Below, piece after piece: positions 29,154 through 39,034 of a stretch of DNA of 64,000 bases. The notes beneath the pieces are model-generated. The model did not search any database. It was not told where the DNA came from and saw only the letters and a program-made list of their open reading frames with translations. The stretch is taken from assembly GCA_012840395.1 (NCBI GenBank), contig DULL01000010.1, positions 16,264-80,263 of the forward strand, written 5' to 3'. Both the position numbers and the translations under genes were made by a program. This DNA comes from Clostridiaceae bacterium. Its GTDB lineage: Bacteria > Bacillota > Clostridia > Acetivibrionales > DULL01. Numbering within the stretch: position 1 is the first letter of the stretch; every line of letters starts with the position of its first letter.

Positions 29154-29423
29154 TTACTTCTTTGAAGTAACAGTTTTTACACTTACTCCTTTTATCATCC
29201 CCAACTTTCCTGAAAGGGAGCTGGTTACATCATTGGGAGCCTCAAGAACAACGCATATTATTGATATACCTCTGTTTCTATAAGGAATACCCATTCGCCC
29301 AATAATATAATCACCAAATTGATGAAGAAGTTCATTTATTTCATTTGAAACTGAAGTATCTTCTACTATTATGCTGATAATCGAAATCCTGTTATCCAAA
29401 AAATAATTACCTCCTTTCGGCAA
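29154..29423 (-). CDS. TM1266-family ACT-like small regulator (family annotated as iron-only hydrogenase system regulator)
   Basis: 89 aa. ISIISIIVED...INELLHQFGDYIIGRMGIPYRNRGISIICVVLEAPNDVTSSLSGKLGMIKGVSVKTV matches the TM1266-type pattern as I recall it. GGAGGT RBS. Confidence 0.75.
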   Translation of the reverse strand: MPKGGNYFLDNRISIISIIVEDTSVSNEINELLHQFGDYIIGRMGIPYRNRGISIICVVLEAPNDVTSSLSGKLGMIKGVSVKTVTSKK

Positions 29424-29436
29424 TATTTAAAACTTC

Positions 29437-29612
29437 TAAAAAAAACCCACGCCTTAAGGCGTGGGAACATATGTAACATCTATTGTATTTAGTAACAAAT
29501 ATTAACAAACTGTTCACTCGCCTTTCTATTCGGGACGTACCCAAAAAGTCAGAACGAATAGTATTAAGTTTTAACTGCATATTCATTATATTAAACCCAA
29601 AGAAGTTTGTCA
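29437..29612 (-). promoter_or_regulatory. Consensus promoter plus a roughly 155-nt leader ending in an intrinsic terminator (unclassified attenuator / candidate riboswitch)
   Basis: On the minus strand: TTGACA (29612-29607), 17 nt, TATAAT (29589-29584). A hairpin CTATTCG...CGAATAG follows. The terminator CCCACGCC-TTAA-GGCGTGGG plus T8 (29464-29437) lies 14 nt before the RBS. Confidence 0.7.
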
Positions 29613-29739
29613 AATTTTAAACAATTAATATATTGGGAAATTACTTCTTTTTTCTTATATAAAATACATTTTTTAGCTAATTATGCTATGATAGAATTTA
29701 TCAAAGCTGATTCATTAAAGCACATTTATGGAGGGGAAA

Positions 29740-30822
29740 ATGAATAAGAATGCACTTGCTGTTATTTATGGCAATACTCCTAAGAAGATGGTACTGGAAA
29801 TTTTAAATTACTTAAATATCGAGGATAATATAAAAAGCAAAAATTCACTTATTGGAATTAAACCTAATTTAGTAGTATCCAAACCATCTACTTCAGGAGC
29901 AACAACTTCACCTGAAATTGTGGCAGGAATTATAGAATATCTGAATTGTAAAGGATTTTATAATTTGACTATTCTTGAAGGCTCATGGGTAGGAGATAGA
30001 ACAAGCCGGGCTTTTAAAGAGTGTGGGTATGTAGATTTGTCAAAGCACTATAATGTCCCATTAATTGACCTGCAGCGAGATAGTTACAGGCAATATAAAA
30101 TAGATGGTATATGTATAAATATATGTGATAAAGCCATGGAACTGGATTACCTGATCAATGTTCCTGTTTTAAAAGGACACTGCCAGACATATTTGACATG
30201 TGCACTTAAAAATTTAAAAGGATGTATACCTGACAGTGAAAAAAGGAGATTTCATTCAATGGGGCTGCATAAGCCAATTGCCTGTTTGAATAAAATTCTG
30301 AAGCAGGATCTGATTATTGTTGATGGTATTATGGGGGATTTAAGCTTTGAAGAGGGTGGAAATCCTGTTCAAATGAACCGTATTATTGTAGCAAAGGACC
30401 CGGTTTTGGTTGATTCCTATGCAGCCGATCTCATTGGTATTAATATTGATGATATTCCATATATAAAATTAGCTGAGGCTTTGGGCGTAGGGAGTGCTGA
30501 TCTTGCGAAAGCCGAAATTATTGAAATAAATAAAGATTCTGTTACTGAAAGGATTTCTTCTGCCCGGAAGATCCAAAAGCTGGCTAAATATATTAATGAA
30601 GACAGTGCCTGTTCAGCATGCTATGGAAGCCTTATTCATGCTTTGGCAAGGCTGGATGAACAAGGCGGATTAAGCCTGTTAAAAGATAAACTATATATCG
30701 GACAGGGTTATAAAGGAAAAACTTTTAAGGGAATAGGAATAGGGAATTGTGCAAAAGGCGGAGATATTTATGTGAAAGGATGTCCTCCCAGTGCCGGTGA
30801 TATATTAAAAGTGATTCAATGA
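29740..30822 (+). CDS. DUF362 domain protein with C-terminal cysteine cluster
   Basis: IGIKPNLV motif typical of DUF362. C-terminal CSACYGSL...NCAKGG...KGCPPS. GGAGGGG RBS before ATG 29740. Confidence 0.8.
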   Translation: MNKNALAVIYGNTPKKMVLEILNYLNIEDNIKSKNSLIGIKPNLVVSKPSTSGATTSPEIVAGIIEYLNCKGFYNLTILEGSWVGDRTSRAFKECGYVDLSKHYNVPLIDLQRDSYRQYKIDGICINICDKAMELDYLINVPVLKGHCQTYLTCALKNLKGCIPDSEKRRFHSMGLHKPIACLNKILKQDLIIVDGIMGDLSFEEGGNPVQMNRIIVAKDPVLVDSYAADLIGINIDDIPYIKLAEALGVGSADLAKAEIIEINKDSVTERISSARKIQKLAKYINEDSACSACYGSLIHALARLDEQGGLSLLKDKLYIGQGYKGKTFKGIGIGNCAKGGDIYVKGCPPSAGDILKVIQ

Positions 30823-30947
30823 TTGCACTGTGATTTTGTTACACAAAATTTATATTTAATATAACAGAAATGAGGAACAAATTGTTTTTATTTTCGACTA
30901 ATAAGATACAAACAAAAAGTGCAACAAGTAAACGGAGGTATCACTTT

Positions 30948-31928
30948 ATGAAAAAACATCAATTAAGAAATGCTATTATCGCAGGAGCTTTATGTACAGT
31001 TCTGACGATTCCTGTTCTGGCAAAGGCGGAAAATATGCAGCCTTTATCAGAAGAAGACAAATTAATACCCATCAGTTACAAATTAAATCATTGGTCTGAA
31101 AAATACATAGACCAATTATCAAAAGAATATAATGCCGGATCGGTTTTTGAGGACAAAGATCTTGAAGCTGCTATTGAACTTGAGGATTTTGATTATCTTG
31201 TTAAACTTGTCTTGGATGAAGACTATGACAGTGCACCAGATTCATTATCCAGGGAAGCGGTTGTTCATGAGTTAGTAAAAATATGGGCTGAAAAGACAGG
31301 TATAGATTTAAATGATATTGCTGTTATACAAATGCTTATTTACTCAGATACCCATGAAATTGATTCAAGATACAACCACAGTGTAACTCTGGCATATATG
31401 AAAAAAATTGCTATTGGCAAAGGTTCAGGAATTTTTGATCCCAAAGCTAATGTTACTTATGGAGAGCTGGCTGCCTTAATTAGTAATACTGATAGAGCCA
31501 TAAAAAATGAAATAGATTCTGAAAAGCAAAATATTTCCGAAGGTAAATTTGAAACCAGGGGAAATTATGAAATAAAAGATGATAAAGTTGTATTTGATTT
31601 TGAACTGATAAATCATTATACAGAATCAAAGCAGATTAAATTTGGTTCTGGCCAGCAATTTGAAATAAGTATAACTGATGAAAATAGGGAAGAAGTATAC
31701 AGATATTCAGATGATAAATTTTTCACTATGGCTCTCCTTTTTAAAGACATTAATCCTGGTGAATCATTACAATGGCAGGATGAATGGGATATGACCAATA
31801 AGGAAGGGGAGAAAGTTGCTCCGGGGAAATATAAGGCAAAAATAACAGTTATGGTTATATTTGAAGAAGGCGACGAAAAGATAGAGGAAGATCAATTAAC
31901 AACGGAAATAGAATTTGCACTTGAGTAA
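30948..31928 (+). CDS. Secreted protein with SLH-like repeats and a C-terminal BsuPI-like proteinase-inhibitor domain
   Basis: Signal peptide MKKHQLRNAIIAGALCTVLTIPVLAKA after ACGGAGG RBS. The C-terminal QIKFGSGQQFEISITDENREEVYRYSDDKFFTMA...PGKYKAKITV resembles BsuPI. Confidence 0.7.
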   Translation: MKKHQLRNAIIAGALCTVLTIPVLAKAENMQPLSEEDKLIPISYKLNHWSEKYIDQLSKEYNAGSVFEDKDLEAAIELEDFDYLVKLVLDEDYDSAPDSLSREAVVHELVKIWAEKTGIDLNDIAVIQMLIYSDTHEIDSRYNHSVTLAYMKKIAIGKGSGIFDPKANVTYGELAALISNTDRAIKNEIDSEKQNISEGKFETRGNYEIKDDKVVFDFELINHYTESKQIKFGSGQQFEISITDENREEVYRYSDDKFFTMALLFKDINPGESLQWQDEWDMTNKEGEKVAPGKYKAKITVMVIFEEGDEKIEEDQLTTEIEFALE

Positions 31929-31978
31929 ATTATTAATAAATATTTGTTATTGAAGAATTATTTGAACTCGGAACTCAA

Positions 31979-32127
31979 ATTTATATAACTCGAAATAAAT
32001 TAACCAGGCATCATGAAGTCTTTCGCTTCTATAATCGGGAGCTGAATTGATGCAAATTATAATAACAACCTTGTTCAGTGGGGGATTGTAAGACCCCCAC
32101 TGAATTTCCATTCGAAGCAAGTCTGCT
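31979..32127 (+). repeat. Copy 1 of a roughly 150-bp non-coding repeat (inverted relative to copy 2)
   Basis: The core 32000-32105 matches the reverse complement of 43608-43703 with about 6 mismatches in about 106 nt. It contains an 11-bp-stem hairpin TTCAGTGGGGG-attgtaaga-CCCCCACTGAA (32074-32104). Confidence 0.9.
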
Positions 32128-32200
32128 TTTGCATTTAATTTTTTCAACTTTCAAAGGCTGAATTGTCGATTATAGCGCCTTGCACTTTTGGTGTCAAAAA

Positions 32201-32234
32201 ACAAAAAAAGGTGCATATCTAATATATGCACCTT
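32201..32234 (-). terminator. Intrinsic terminator of the cop operon
   Basis: AAGGTGCATAT-ctaat-ATATGCACCTT, followed by a T-run on the minus strand. Confidence 0.8.
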
Positions 32235-32246
32235 ACGGTTTGTAGT

Positions 32247-32462
32247 CTATAAAATTTCTATTCCGGTTACTTCATATCCTGCATCATCTATCACTGTCCT
32301 GAATTTTTCATCTTCAATTTCATGGGCAAGATCAACAATGGCATTTTTGCTTTTAAGATCGACTTTCACTGAAGTAACTCCGCCAATTTCTCTTAAAGCT
32401 TCTTCAACATGTTTAACACAATGGCTGCAGCTCATACCTTCAATCAATATCTTTTTTCTCAT
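32247..32462 (-). CDS. copZ: Copper chaperone CopZ (HMA domain)
   Basis: 71 aa, GMSCSHC metal-binding motif. Confidence 0.92.
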   Translation of the reverse strand: MRKKILIEGMSCSHCVKHVEEALREIGGVTSVKVDLKSKNAIVDLAHEIEDEKFRTVIDDAGYEVTGIEIL

Positions 32463-32568
32463 AAATACACAACCTTTCAGTTATATTTTCTCATTATTTT
32501 TATTTATTTAATTATTTCTAATCAATTATCTTACATTTACTTCCAAAATACTTTATATAAGCCGGTTT

Positions 32569-35016
32569 TTATATTGGTTTGAACCTCTTTAATCTTAACG
32601 CATTTGTAACAACCGATACAGAACTTAAGCTCATTGCGGCAGCTGCAATCATAGGATTCAAAAGAGGTCCGCCAAAAATATGGAGTACACCCATGGCAAT
32701 TGGTATTCCCAGAGTATTATAGCCAAAGGCCCAAAACAGATTCTCTTTGATATTTTTAATTGTACTTTTGCTTAATTGTATAGCCGTAGAAACATCCATC
32801 AAATCACTTTTCATAAGAACAATATCTGCTGATTCAATGGCTACATCGGTACCTGATCCTATTGCTATGCCAATATCTGCCTGAGCCAAGGCAGGAGCAT
32901 CATTTATGCCGTCACCGACCATTGCCACCTTTTTACCTTCAGCCTGTAATTTTTTTACCTCATTTGCCTTATCCTGAGGTAATACTTCAGAAAGAACCCT
33001 GTCTATTCCTACTTGCTTGGCAATTGCTTCTGCGGTTCTACGGTTATCTCCAGTAATCATAACCACTTCTATTCCCATTTTGTGAAGCCTTTCTATCGCT
33101 TTTTTGCTGCTTTCTTTAACTGTATCGGCAACGGCAATTATACCTGCAAGTTTTTTGTCTATGGCAATATACATAGGAGTTTTCCCTTCTCTTGCCAGCC
33201 TGTCTGATGTTTCCTCATAGTCCTCTGTAAATATATTGTTTTGAGTCATAAGTTTTTTATTTCCCAACAGTAGACTTTTGCCATTTATTTTGGCTTCTAT
33301 CCCATGGCCTGGAATTGCATTAAAGAAGTCAAGTTTTACCAATTCCAGCCCTTTTTCTTCAGCACTTTTTACGATGGCTTCTCCCAGAGGATGTTCAGAG
33401 CCTTTTTCTGCAGAGGCTGCAAGAAGTAATAAATCATCCTGGGATATCATATTATTGGAAATAATTATGTCTGTAACTTCAGGTTTGCCTACGGTAATAG
33501 TACCTGTTTTATCCAACACTACTGTTTGTACCTTATGAGCGGCTTCCAGAGCAGTTCCGCTTTTTATTAATACACCGTATTCTGCACCTTTGCCTGTACC
33601 AACCATAATTGCCGTTGGTGTTGCAAGACCAAGGGCACAAGGGCAGGCAATTACTAAAACCGAAATAAATATTGTTAATGAGAATACTGCCGATTCATTA
33701 CCCACGAAGTACCATAATAGGCCGGATAAGACTGCAAGTACAATTACTATCGGAACAAAGTAGCCTGAAATCACATCGGCCAGCTTTGCAATGGGAGCTT
33801 TAGACCCCTGAGCTTCTTCCACCAGCTTAATAATTTGCGCTAAGACGGTATCCTTGCCGACTTTGGTTGCTCTATACTTAATAGTACCGTTTTTATTTAT
33901 GCTTGCACCGGTTATATTATCCCCCGGTTTTTTTTCAACCGGTATGCTTTCACCTGTTAGCATTGATTCATCTACTGATGTAGTACCTTCCACCACTATT
34001 CCGTCAACGGGCATTCTCTCGCCAGGTCTGACAACTATTATATCTCCCGGTTCTACCTCATCGATACTGATTTCTACTTCAATTTCATCTCTTAATATAA
34101 TTGCAGTTTTAGGAGTAAGGCCCATAAGTTTCTTAATAGCTTCAGAGGTTTTTCCTTTAGAAACAGCTTCAAGATATTTACCCAGAGTTATTAAAGTAAT
34201 AATTACAGCTGCGGACTCATAATACATACTCAAAGAGTATTCACTGTTTCCATTCAGAACCTTAATTGTAGCAAAAACACTATAAACAAATGCTGCGGAG
34301 GTTCCTATTGCTATAAGTGAATCCATATTAGGGCTTCCTTTAAGCAGTGTCCTGAAACCAACAGTATAGTATTTGTTGCCTGTAATTATAACAGGTAGAG
34401 TCAATAGTAGCTGTAATAATGCGAAAGCTGTAGGATTTGCCATTGGATCAATAAGATGGGGGAGGGGAAGCCCTATCATATGTCCCATGGCTATATAAAG
34501 AAGTGGTATGGTGAATATGGCGGATATAATAAATCTATTAAACAACAATTTTATTTCTCTTTCTTTTTTCTCCTTATCCAAATCTTTTGCAGTTTCTTCC
34601 TCCAGGGCTTTATAACCGGCTTTCTCTATTGCACGTTTTATATCTGAAATTCTTACCATTGTTGGCTCATAATTTATATTTAGTTTTTCAGTAGCAAGAT
34701 TTACACTGGCCTCTGTAACACCATCAAGTTTTTTAGCTGCCCTTTCTACTGATTTCGCGCAAGCGGCACAGGTCATTCCTTCTATTTTTAAAGTCTTAGT
34801 TATGATTTCGGTTTTAGCGTTATACCCTGCTTTGGATATAGCATTTTGAATATCTTCAACAGAAACCTTTGATTCATCATATTTTACACTTAATTTTTCA
34901 GTAGCAAGATTTACACTGGCCTCTGCAACGCCATCAAGTTTTTTAGCTGCCCTTTCTACTGCTTTCGCGCAGGCGGCACAGGTCATTCCTTCTATTTTTA
35001 ATGTTTTATTGGTCAT
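32569..35016 (-). CDS. copA: Copper-translocating P1B-type ATPase with two N-terminal HMA domains
   Basis: Two GMTCAACA motifs, CPC in a TM helix, [17 protein letters not shown]. Confidence 0.95.
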   Translation of the reverse strand: MTNKTLKIEGMTCAACAKAVERAAKKLDGVAEASVNLATEKLSVKYDESKVSVEDIQNAISKAGYNAKTEIITKTLKIEGMTCAACAKSVERAAKKLDGVTEASVNLATEKLNINYEPTMVRISDIKRAIEKAGYKALEEETAKDLDKEKKEREIKLLFNRFIISAIFTIPLLYIAMGHMIGLPLPHLIDPMANPTAFALLQLLLTLPVIITGNKYYTVGFRTLLKGSPNMDSLIAIGTSAAFVYSVFATIKVLNGNSEYSLSMYYESAAVIITLITLGKYLEAVSKGKTSEAIKKLMGLTPKTAIILRDEIEVEISIDEVEPGDIIVVRPGERMPVDGIVVEGTTSVDESMLTGESIPVEKKPGDNITGASINKNGTIKYRATKVGKDTVLAQIIKLVEEAQGSKAPIAKLADVISGYFVPIVIVLAVLSGLLWYFVGNESAVFSLTIFISVLVIACPCALGLATPTAIMVGTGKGAEYGVLIKSGTALEAAHKVQTVVLDKTGTITVGKPEVTDIIISNNMISQDDLLLLAASAEKGSEHPLGEAIVKSAEEKGLELVKLDFFNAIPGHGIEAKINGKSLLLGNKKLMTQNNIFTEDYEETSDRLAREGKTPMYIAIDKKLAGIIAVADTVKESSKKAIERLHKMGIEVVMITGDNRRTAEAIAKQVGIDRVLSEVLPQDKANEVKKLQAEGKKVAMVGDGINDAPALAQADIGIAIGSGTDVAIESADIVLMKSDLMDVSTAIQLSKSTIKNIKENLFWAFGYNTLGIPIAMGVLHIFGGPLLNPMIAAAAMSLSSVSVVTNALRLKRFKPI

Positions 35017-35091
35017 AATAATTACTCCTCATATTTATAATACATGAATTAGAACTGTCTATAATATGTTACCCTCAAATATTTCCATAAA

Positions 35092-35358
35092 TCATTTGTT
35101 CATTATTTTTGACAGTATATCTATTATTTCATCCACCTTTTCATTTCCGTTGCCACTTAAAAAAGCTTCCTTAACACAATGGTTCATATGCTGCTTCAAA
35201 ATGAGCAAATTAGCCTTTTTCAGCAGTGACTGTGCAGCCATAATTTGATTGGACACATCAACACAATATCGTCCTTCTTCAATCATTTTAATTATCGCTT
35301 CAATCTGACCTTTTGAGGTTTTTAATGCCTGAAGTGCTTTTTTCTTTTCTGTATTCAC
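35092..35358 (-). CDS. csoR: CsoR-family copper-sensing repressor
   Basis: 88 aa. RYCVDV plus HMNHC gives the C-H-C ligand pattern. First gene of the cop operon. Confidence 0.9.
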   Translation of the reverse strand: MNTEKKKALQALKTSKGQIEAIIKMIEEGRYCVDVSNQIMAAQSLLKKANLLILKQHMNHCVKEAFLSGNGNEKVDEIIDILSKIMNK

Positions 35359-35373
35359 ATATACACCTCCTAT

Positions 35374-35431
35374 ATATCCCCCCCTCCAGTGGGGGTATTA
35401 AAATAATACATCTAATAGTATAATTTGTCAA
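35374..35431 (-). promoter_or_regulatory. csoR-copA-copZ promoter with G/C-tract pseudo-palindromic operator
   Basis: On the minus strand: TTGACA (35431-35426), 17 nt, TATTAT (35408-35403). ATACCCCCACTGGAGGGGGGGATAT (35398-35374) lies between the -10 element and the RBS, like CsoR operators. Confidence 0.65.
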
Positions 35432-35761
35432 GTATATCAAGTATAAAGGGTGATTTCTAATAAACTTTTTTTCCGCTGTACTTAACAAACATGTGTGGTT
35501 ATGCTGAAAAATTAATAAAACTTGATATTTTATAAGATATTAAATAATCGGAAATAAGCACAAAAAGTATTTATTTCTATAAATGTTATCATATAATTAG
35601 AGTGTAATTTTATGGAATTTCAATCGCCTAATTTATTAAGTCTGAAGAATTAAATTATCATTATGTGAAACTTAATTTGTTATTTGAAGGACAAACTATA
35701 TTATAAGCATGACAAAAACATAAATGTGTTATATTATTATCTTACATGGGGAGGAATACAT

Positions 35762-37501
35762 ATGATAATTATGATGCCTGTCATGAAAAGCTTCGCAGGC
35801 TTTTACAAAAGTATTAAGAGATTTCCTGTAACACTACTTCTTTCACTTTCTATAGCAATTGTATTAATATCATCATCTGAAGCCAGATTGAATTTAGGTT
35901 ATAATCATCCTGCAGTTGAAATACTAAATAGAATTGCTCTTGTTATGGCTCTTGGAATACCAATTTCACTTTCAATTAAGTTATTATTTGAGAAGTACAC
36001 CAGGATTTCGATTATTGCAAAAATGCTTATTTGCATTATTGCATCGGGTTTTCTTGGATTTTATTACTCGTACCTGCTAAATGTAATAAATAATGCAAGT
36101 ATGTCGAGATATATTGGACTAAGCTTTTCTCTTTATATTTGCTTTCTTTTTATACCGTTTCTCAATAAAAGGGATTCTATTGAATTATATGTAATTAAAA
36201 TATTCACAAGATTTTTCATTACCTGTATTTATTCTGCAGTTTTATTTCTTGGCCTTGCCGCCATTTTGTTTACAATAGACAAACTTTTAGGGATTACTGT
36301 AAGAAGCAGTATATACTATTATACCTGGCTTTTGACTGTAGGTATATTTTCTTCTACTTTTTTTCTAGCAGGAATACCTGAATATAATGAAAATATTGAA
36401 GACTATCCCTATCCCAATTATTTAAGAATACTTCTTTTATACATTGTGATACCGCTGGTGGTAGTATATCTTGTTATTTTATATATTTATTTTGCCAAGA
36501 TAATAATAACATGGAAGTGGCCTGTAGGTCTGGTTTCACACTTGGTTATCTGGTATTCTGCACTATGTGTTGCCCTGATATTTCTTATTTCAAAAATTAA
36601 AGACAACAAATGGGTAAATATTTTTATTGCCTGGTTTCCCAAACTTATATTGCCAGTACTGGTCATGATGTTTATTTCAATGGGTATTAGAATAAATGCA
36701 TACGGAATAACAGAAAACAGATATTATGTAATTGTACTGGGGATATGGGTTTCAGCAATGATGCTTTTTATCAGCTTTAAAAGAAAAAGAAGGAATATTA
36801 TTATATTAACATCTCTCTCAATAGTATCAATATTATCGGTATTCGGACCGTTAAGCAGTTTTGCCGTTTCAAAATATAGTCAGAACAACAGGCTGACAGA
36901 GATAATGGTTAGAAATGAAATGCTAAAGGATGGTAAAATAATTGCGAAAAGTAATATTTCTGAGTATGATAAGAGTGAGATCAGTGAGATACTCAGGTAT
37001 TTTGAGCAAAATCACAGTTTAAGTGATGTAAAATATTTAGATAAAAATTTTAAGCTGAGCGATATGGAAAAAGTATTTGGATTTCCATATCAGAAACCTG
37101 AAATACCTGAAATTGGGAAATATATTTCATACAGTTCAGATAAATTAACCGGAGCAATAGATATTTCTGGGTTTGATTATTTCTTCGACTTTAGGATGGT
37201 AAAAGAGCAGACAGAGTTAGACAGACTGAAAGTCCAGTATAATTATGAAACTGCAGTATTAAAGATATTCAGGGATGATGAAATGATATATACAATTGAG
37301 CTGTCCCGCTTTCTGGACGAGCTTCGCAAAAAATATCCTGAAAGTGGTGCTGTAGATGAGGAAGATATGATTTATACTGACGAAAATCAGCATGTAAAAA
37401 TTAAATTTATATTCAGTTACATTGGAGGGACAGAGATTCAGCCAGGAAAGGGTACCAGAGTCCAGGGGGCAGACTTTTATATACTTGTTAAAGAAAAATG
37501 A
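35762..37501 (+). CDS. Polytopic membrane protein with C-terminal soluble domain (DUF4153-like, tentative)
   Basis: About 11 predicted TM segments followed by a roughly 190-aa hydrophilic tail. ATG 35762 follows GGGGAGG. Confidence 0.75.
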   Translation: MIIMMPVMKSFAGFYKSIKRFPVTLLLSLSIAIVLISSSEARLNLGYNHPAVEILNRIALVMALGIPISLSIKLLFEKYTRISIIAKMLICIIASGFLGFYYSYLLNVINNASMSRYIGLSFSLYICFLFIPFLNKRDSIELYVIKIFTRFFITCIYSAVLFLGLAAILFTIDKLLGITVRSSIYYYTWLLTVGIFSSTFFLAGIPEYNENIEDYPYPNYLRILLLYIVIPLVVVYLVILYIYFAKIIITWKWPVGLVSHLVIWYSALCVALIFLISKIKDNKWVNIFIAWFPKLILPVLVMMFISMGIRINAYGITENRYYVIVLGIWVSAMMLFISFKRKRRNIIILTSLSIVSILSVFGPLSSFAVSKYSQNNRLTEIMVRNEMLKDGKIIAKSNISEYDKSEISEILRYFEQNHSLSDVKYLDKNFKLSDMEKVFGFPYQKPEIPEIGKYISYSSDKLTGAIDISGFDYFFDFRMVKEQTELDRLKVQYNYETAVLKIFRDDEMIYTIELSRFLDELRKKYPESGAVDEEDMIYTDENQHVKIKFIFSYIGGTEIQPGKGTRVQGADFYILVKEK

Positions 37502-37523
37502 AATTTTTGAAGGGAGTCTGAAC

Positions 37524-37928
37524 ATGCTTAAAGATTTAATAATTCAGGATTTCGGAAAAAAAGAAGATTTAAACTGCGCAGAGAAAATATTGCAGGGAGC
37601 TAATATAGTTTACAGTTTGGGATTGGACAAGGAATCTCTCAAGCTTGCTTCCGGTTTTGGAGGGGGAATGGGAATTGAGGATAAATGCGGAGCTCTTACT
37701 GCTGCAATAATGGTTTTAGGGAAAATGTTTGTGTCAGACCGCGCTCATGAGAGTGACAGGATAAAGAGACTTACAAGAAAGTTATTCGCGGAGTTCAATA
37801 AAGAAATGAGTTCAATTGACTGTGCCCCTCTTAAGAAAAACTACAGGTCGGAAAAATACGGCTGTAAAGTCATAATCGTAAAGGCTGCTGAAATACTAGA
37901 CAGGTTAATAGAAGAAGAAAAAAATTAG
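37524..37928 (+). CDS. C_GCAxxG_C_C-family putative redox-active protein
   Basis: 134 aa with LNCAEKIL, DKCGALTAAIMVLG and CAPLK...YGCKVI cysteine pattern. GAAGGGAG RBS. Confidence 0.7.
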   Translation: MLKDLIIQDFGKKEDLNCAEKILQGANIVYSLGLDKESLKLASGFGGGMGIEDKCGALTAAIMVLGKMFVSDRAHESDRIKRLTRKLFAEFNKEMSSIDCAPLKKNYRSEKYGCKVIIVKAAEILDRLIEEEKN

Positions 37929-38980
37929 AATATGTCTCCTTCTTTTCTTGCTTTATTTAACAAGAATAGAAAATAAGGGGCACCCAGCAGTGATGTAACC
38001 ACACCTACTCCAATTTCCCTGGATACAACTGTTCTTCCAATAAGGTCGCATATAACAAGAAATATAGAACCTCCAAGAATACTGCAGGGAAAAAGTTTTC
38101 TGTGATCGGGTCCTACTACAAGTCTGGTAATATGCGGAACCAAAAGGCCTACAAAACTTATGGTTCCGCTTACACATACCGCTGTAGCAGTAATTATGGA
38201 TGAAACCAGAAGAAGAATTTTACGTGTTCTTGATGTATTCATCCCTACAGATTGTGCTTCATCTTCACCCATTAAAAGAACATTCATATCTCTGGAAAAA
38301 TAAAATAACACTATTATACCTATAATAACCGGACCGGCTGAAATTCTTACATCTTCCCACATAGTGGCATTTAAACTTCCGGCTGTCCAGAACAAAAACT
38401 GTTTTACCTGGTTACCATGAATATAGGTCAGAATAATTGTATTAACAGAGTTCAAGAACATACTTACTGCCAAACCAGAGAGTATTAAATTTACCAGAGG
38501 AGTTTTCCCTTTTTTTGAAGCCAACAAATATATGCAAAAAGAAGCCAAAAGTGCCCCGAAGGATGCAAAAAGTTGTAACAGGAAGATGCTTTTTGAAGCA
38601 AACCCCAGGGCTATAGCAATTACCGCGCCAAGGCTTGCTCCACTGGAAACACCTAGTATACCAGGATCAGCCATTGGATTTCTGAACATACCCTGCATTA
38701 CGGTTCCTGAAGCTGCAAGCCCGGCTCCTACAATTGCAGCTGTTATAACTCTTGGCAGGCGCACATGAAAGATAATAGCTTCCCAATTTGAGGGGAACTC
38801 AATTTCACCCAATAAACCCCAGTTTTTCAAAATAATTCTGATGGTCTGTATAAAAGGTATGTTTACTTCTCCGAGAGCAGAGGCTAGTATTAGCGAAAAC
38901 AACAGGACAACTATTAAACCATACATTATAAAAGGTGTCTTGATATGAGGGAGACCGGCTCTTGATTTTTTCAATTTCAT
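37925..38980 (-). CDS. FecCD-family ABC permease (BtuC-like corrinoid/iron-chelate importer)
   Basis: Ten-TM FecCD-type translation. Downstream of the riboswitch-controlled binding protein. Confidence 0.9.
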   Translation of the reverse strand: MKLKKSRAGLPHIKTPFIMYGLIVVLLFSLILASALGEVNIPFIQTIRIILKNWGLLGEIEFPSNWEAIIFHVRLPRVITAAIVGAGLAASGTVMQGMFRNPMADPGILGVSSGASLGAVIAIALGFASKSIFLLQLFASFGALLASFCIYLLASKKGKTPLVNLILSGLAVSMFLNSVNTIILTYIHGNQVKQFLFWTAGSLNATMWEDVRISAGPVIIGIIVLFYFSRDMNVLLMGEDEAQSVGMNTSRTRKILLLVSSIITATAVCVSGTISFVGLLVPHITRLVVGPDHRKLFPCSILGGSIFLVICDLIGRTVVSREIGVGVVTSLLGAPYFLFLLNKARKEGDIF

Positions 38981-39034
38981 ACCAGATTTCAGTCCTTTCA
39001 GAATTATTTTGAAATTAACAGCTTATTCATAATA

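Noticed and set aside
29437-29612. Assignment of the leader to a known riboswitch class (SAM-I, TPP, cobalamin, preQ1-I, guanidine-II/mini-ykkC) or a T-box
   Set aside because: None of the conserved cores I know are present. The GGGTACGTCCC hairpin has ACGT rather than the ACGR loop and occurs only once. The leader is too short and lacks the T-box sequence.
31947-32147. 66-aa minus-strand ORF inside repeat copy 1
   Set aside because: The second copy of the repeat does not preserve the reading frame. There is no RBS, and the sequence behaves as a structured non-coding element.
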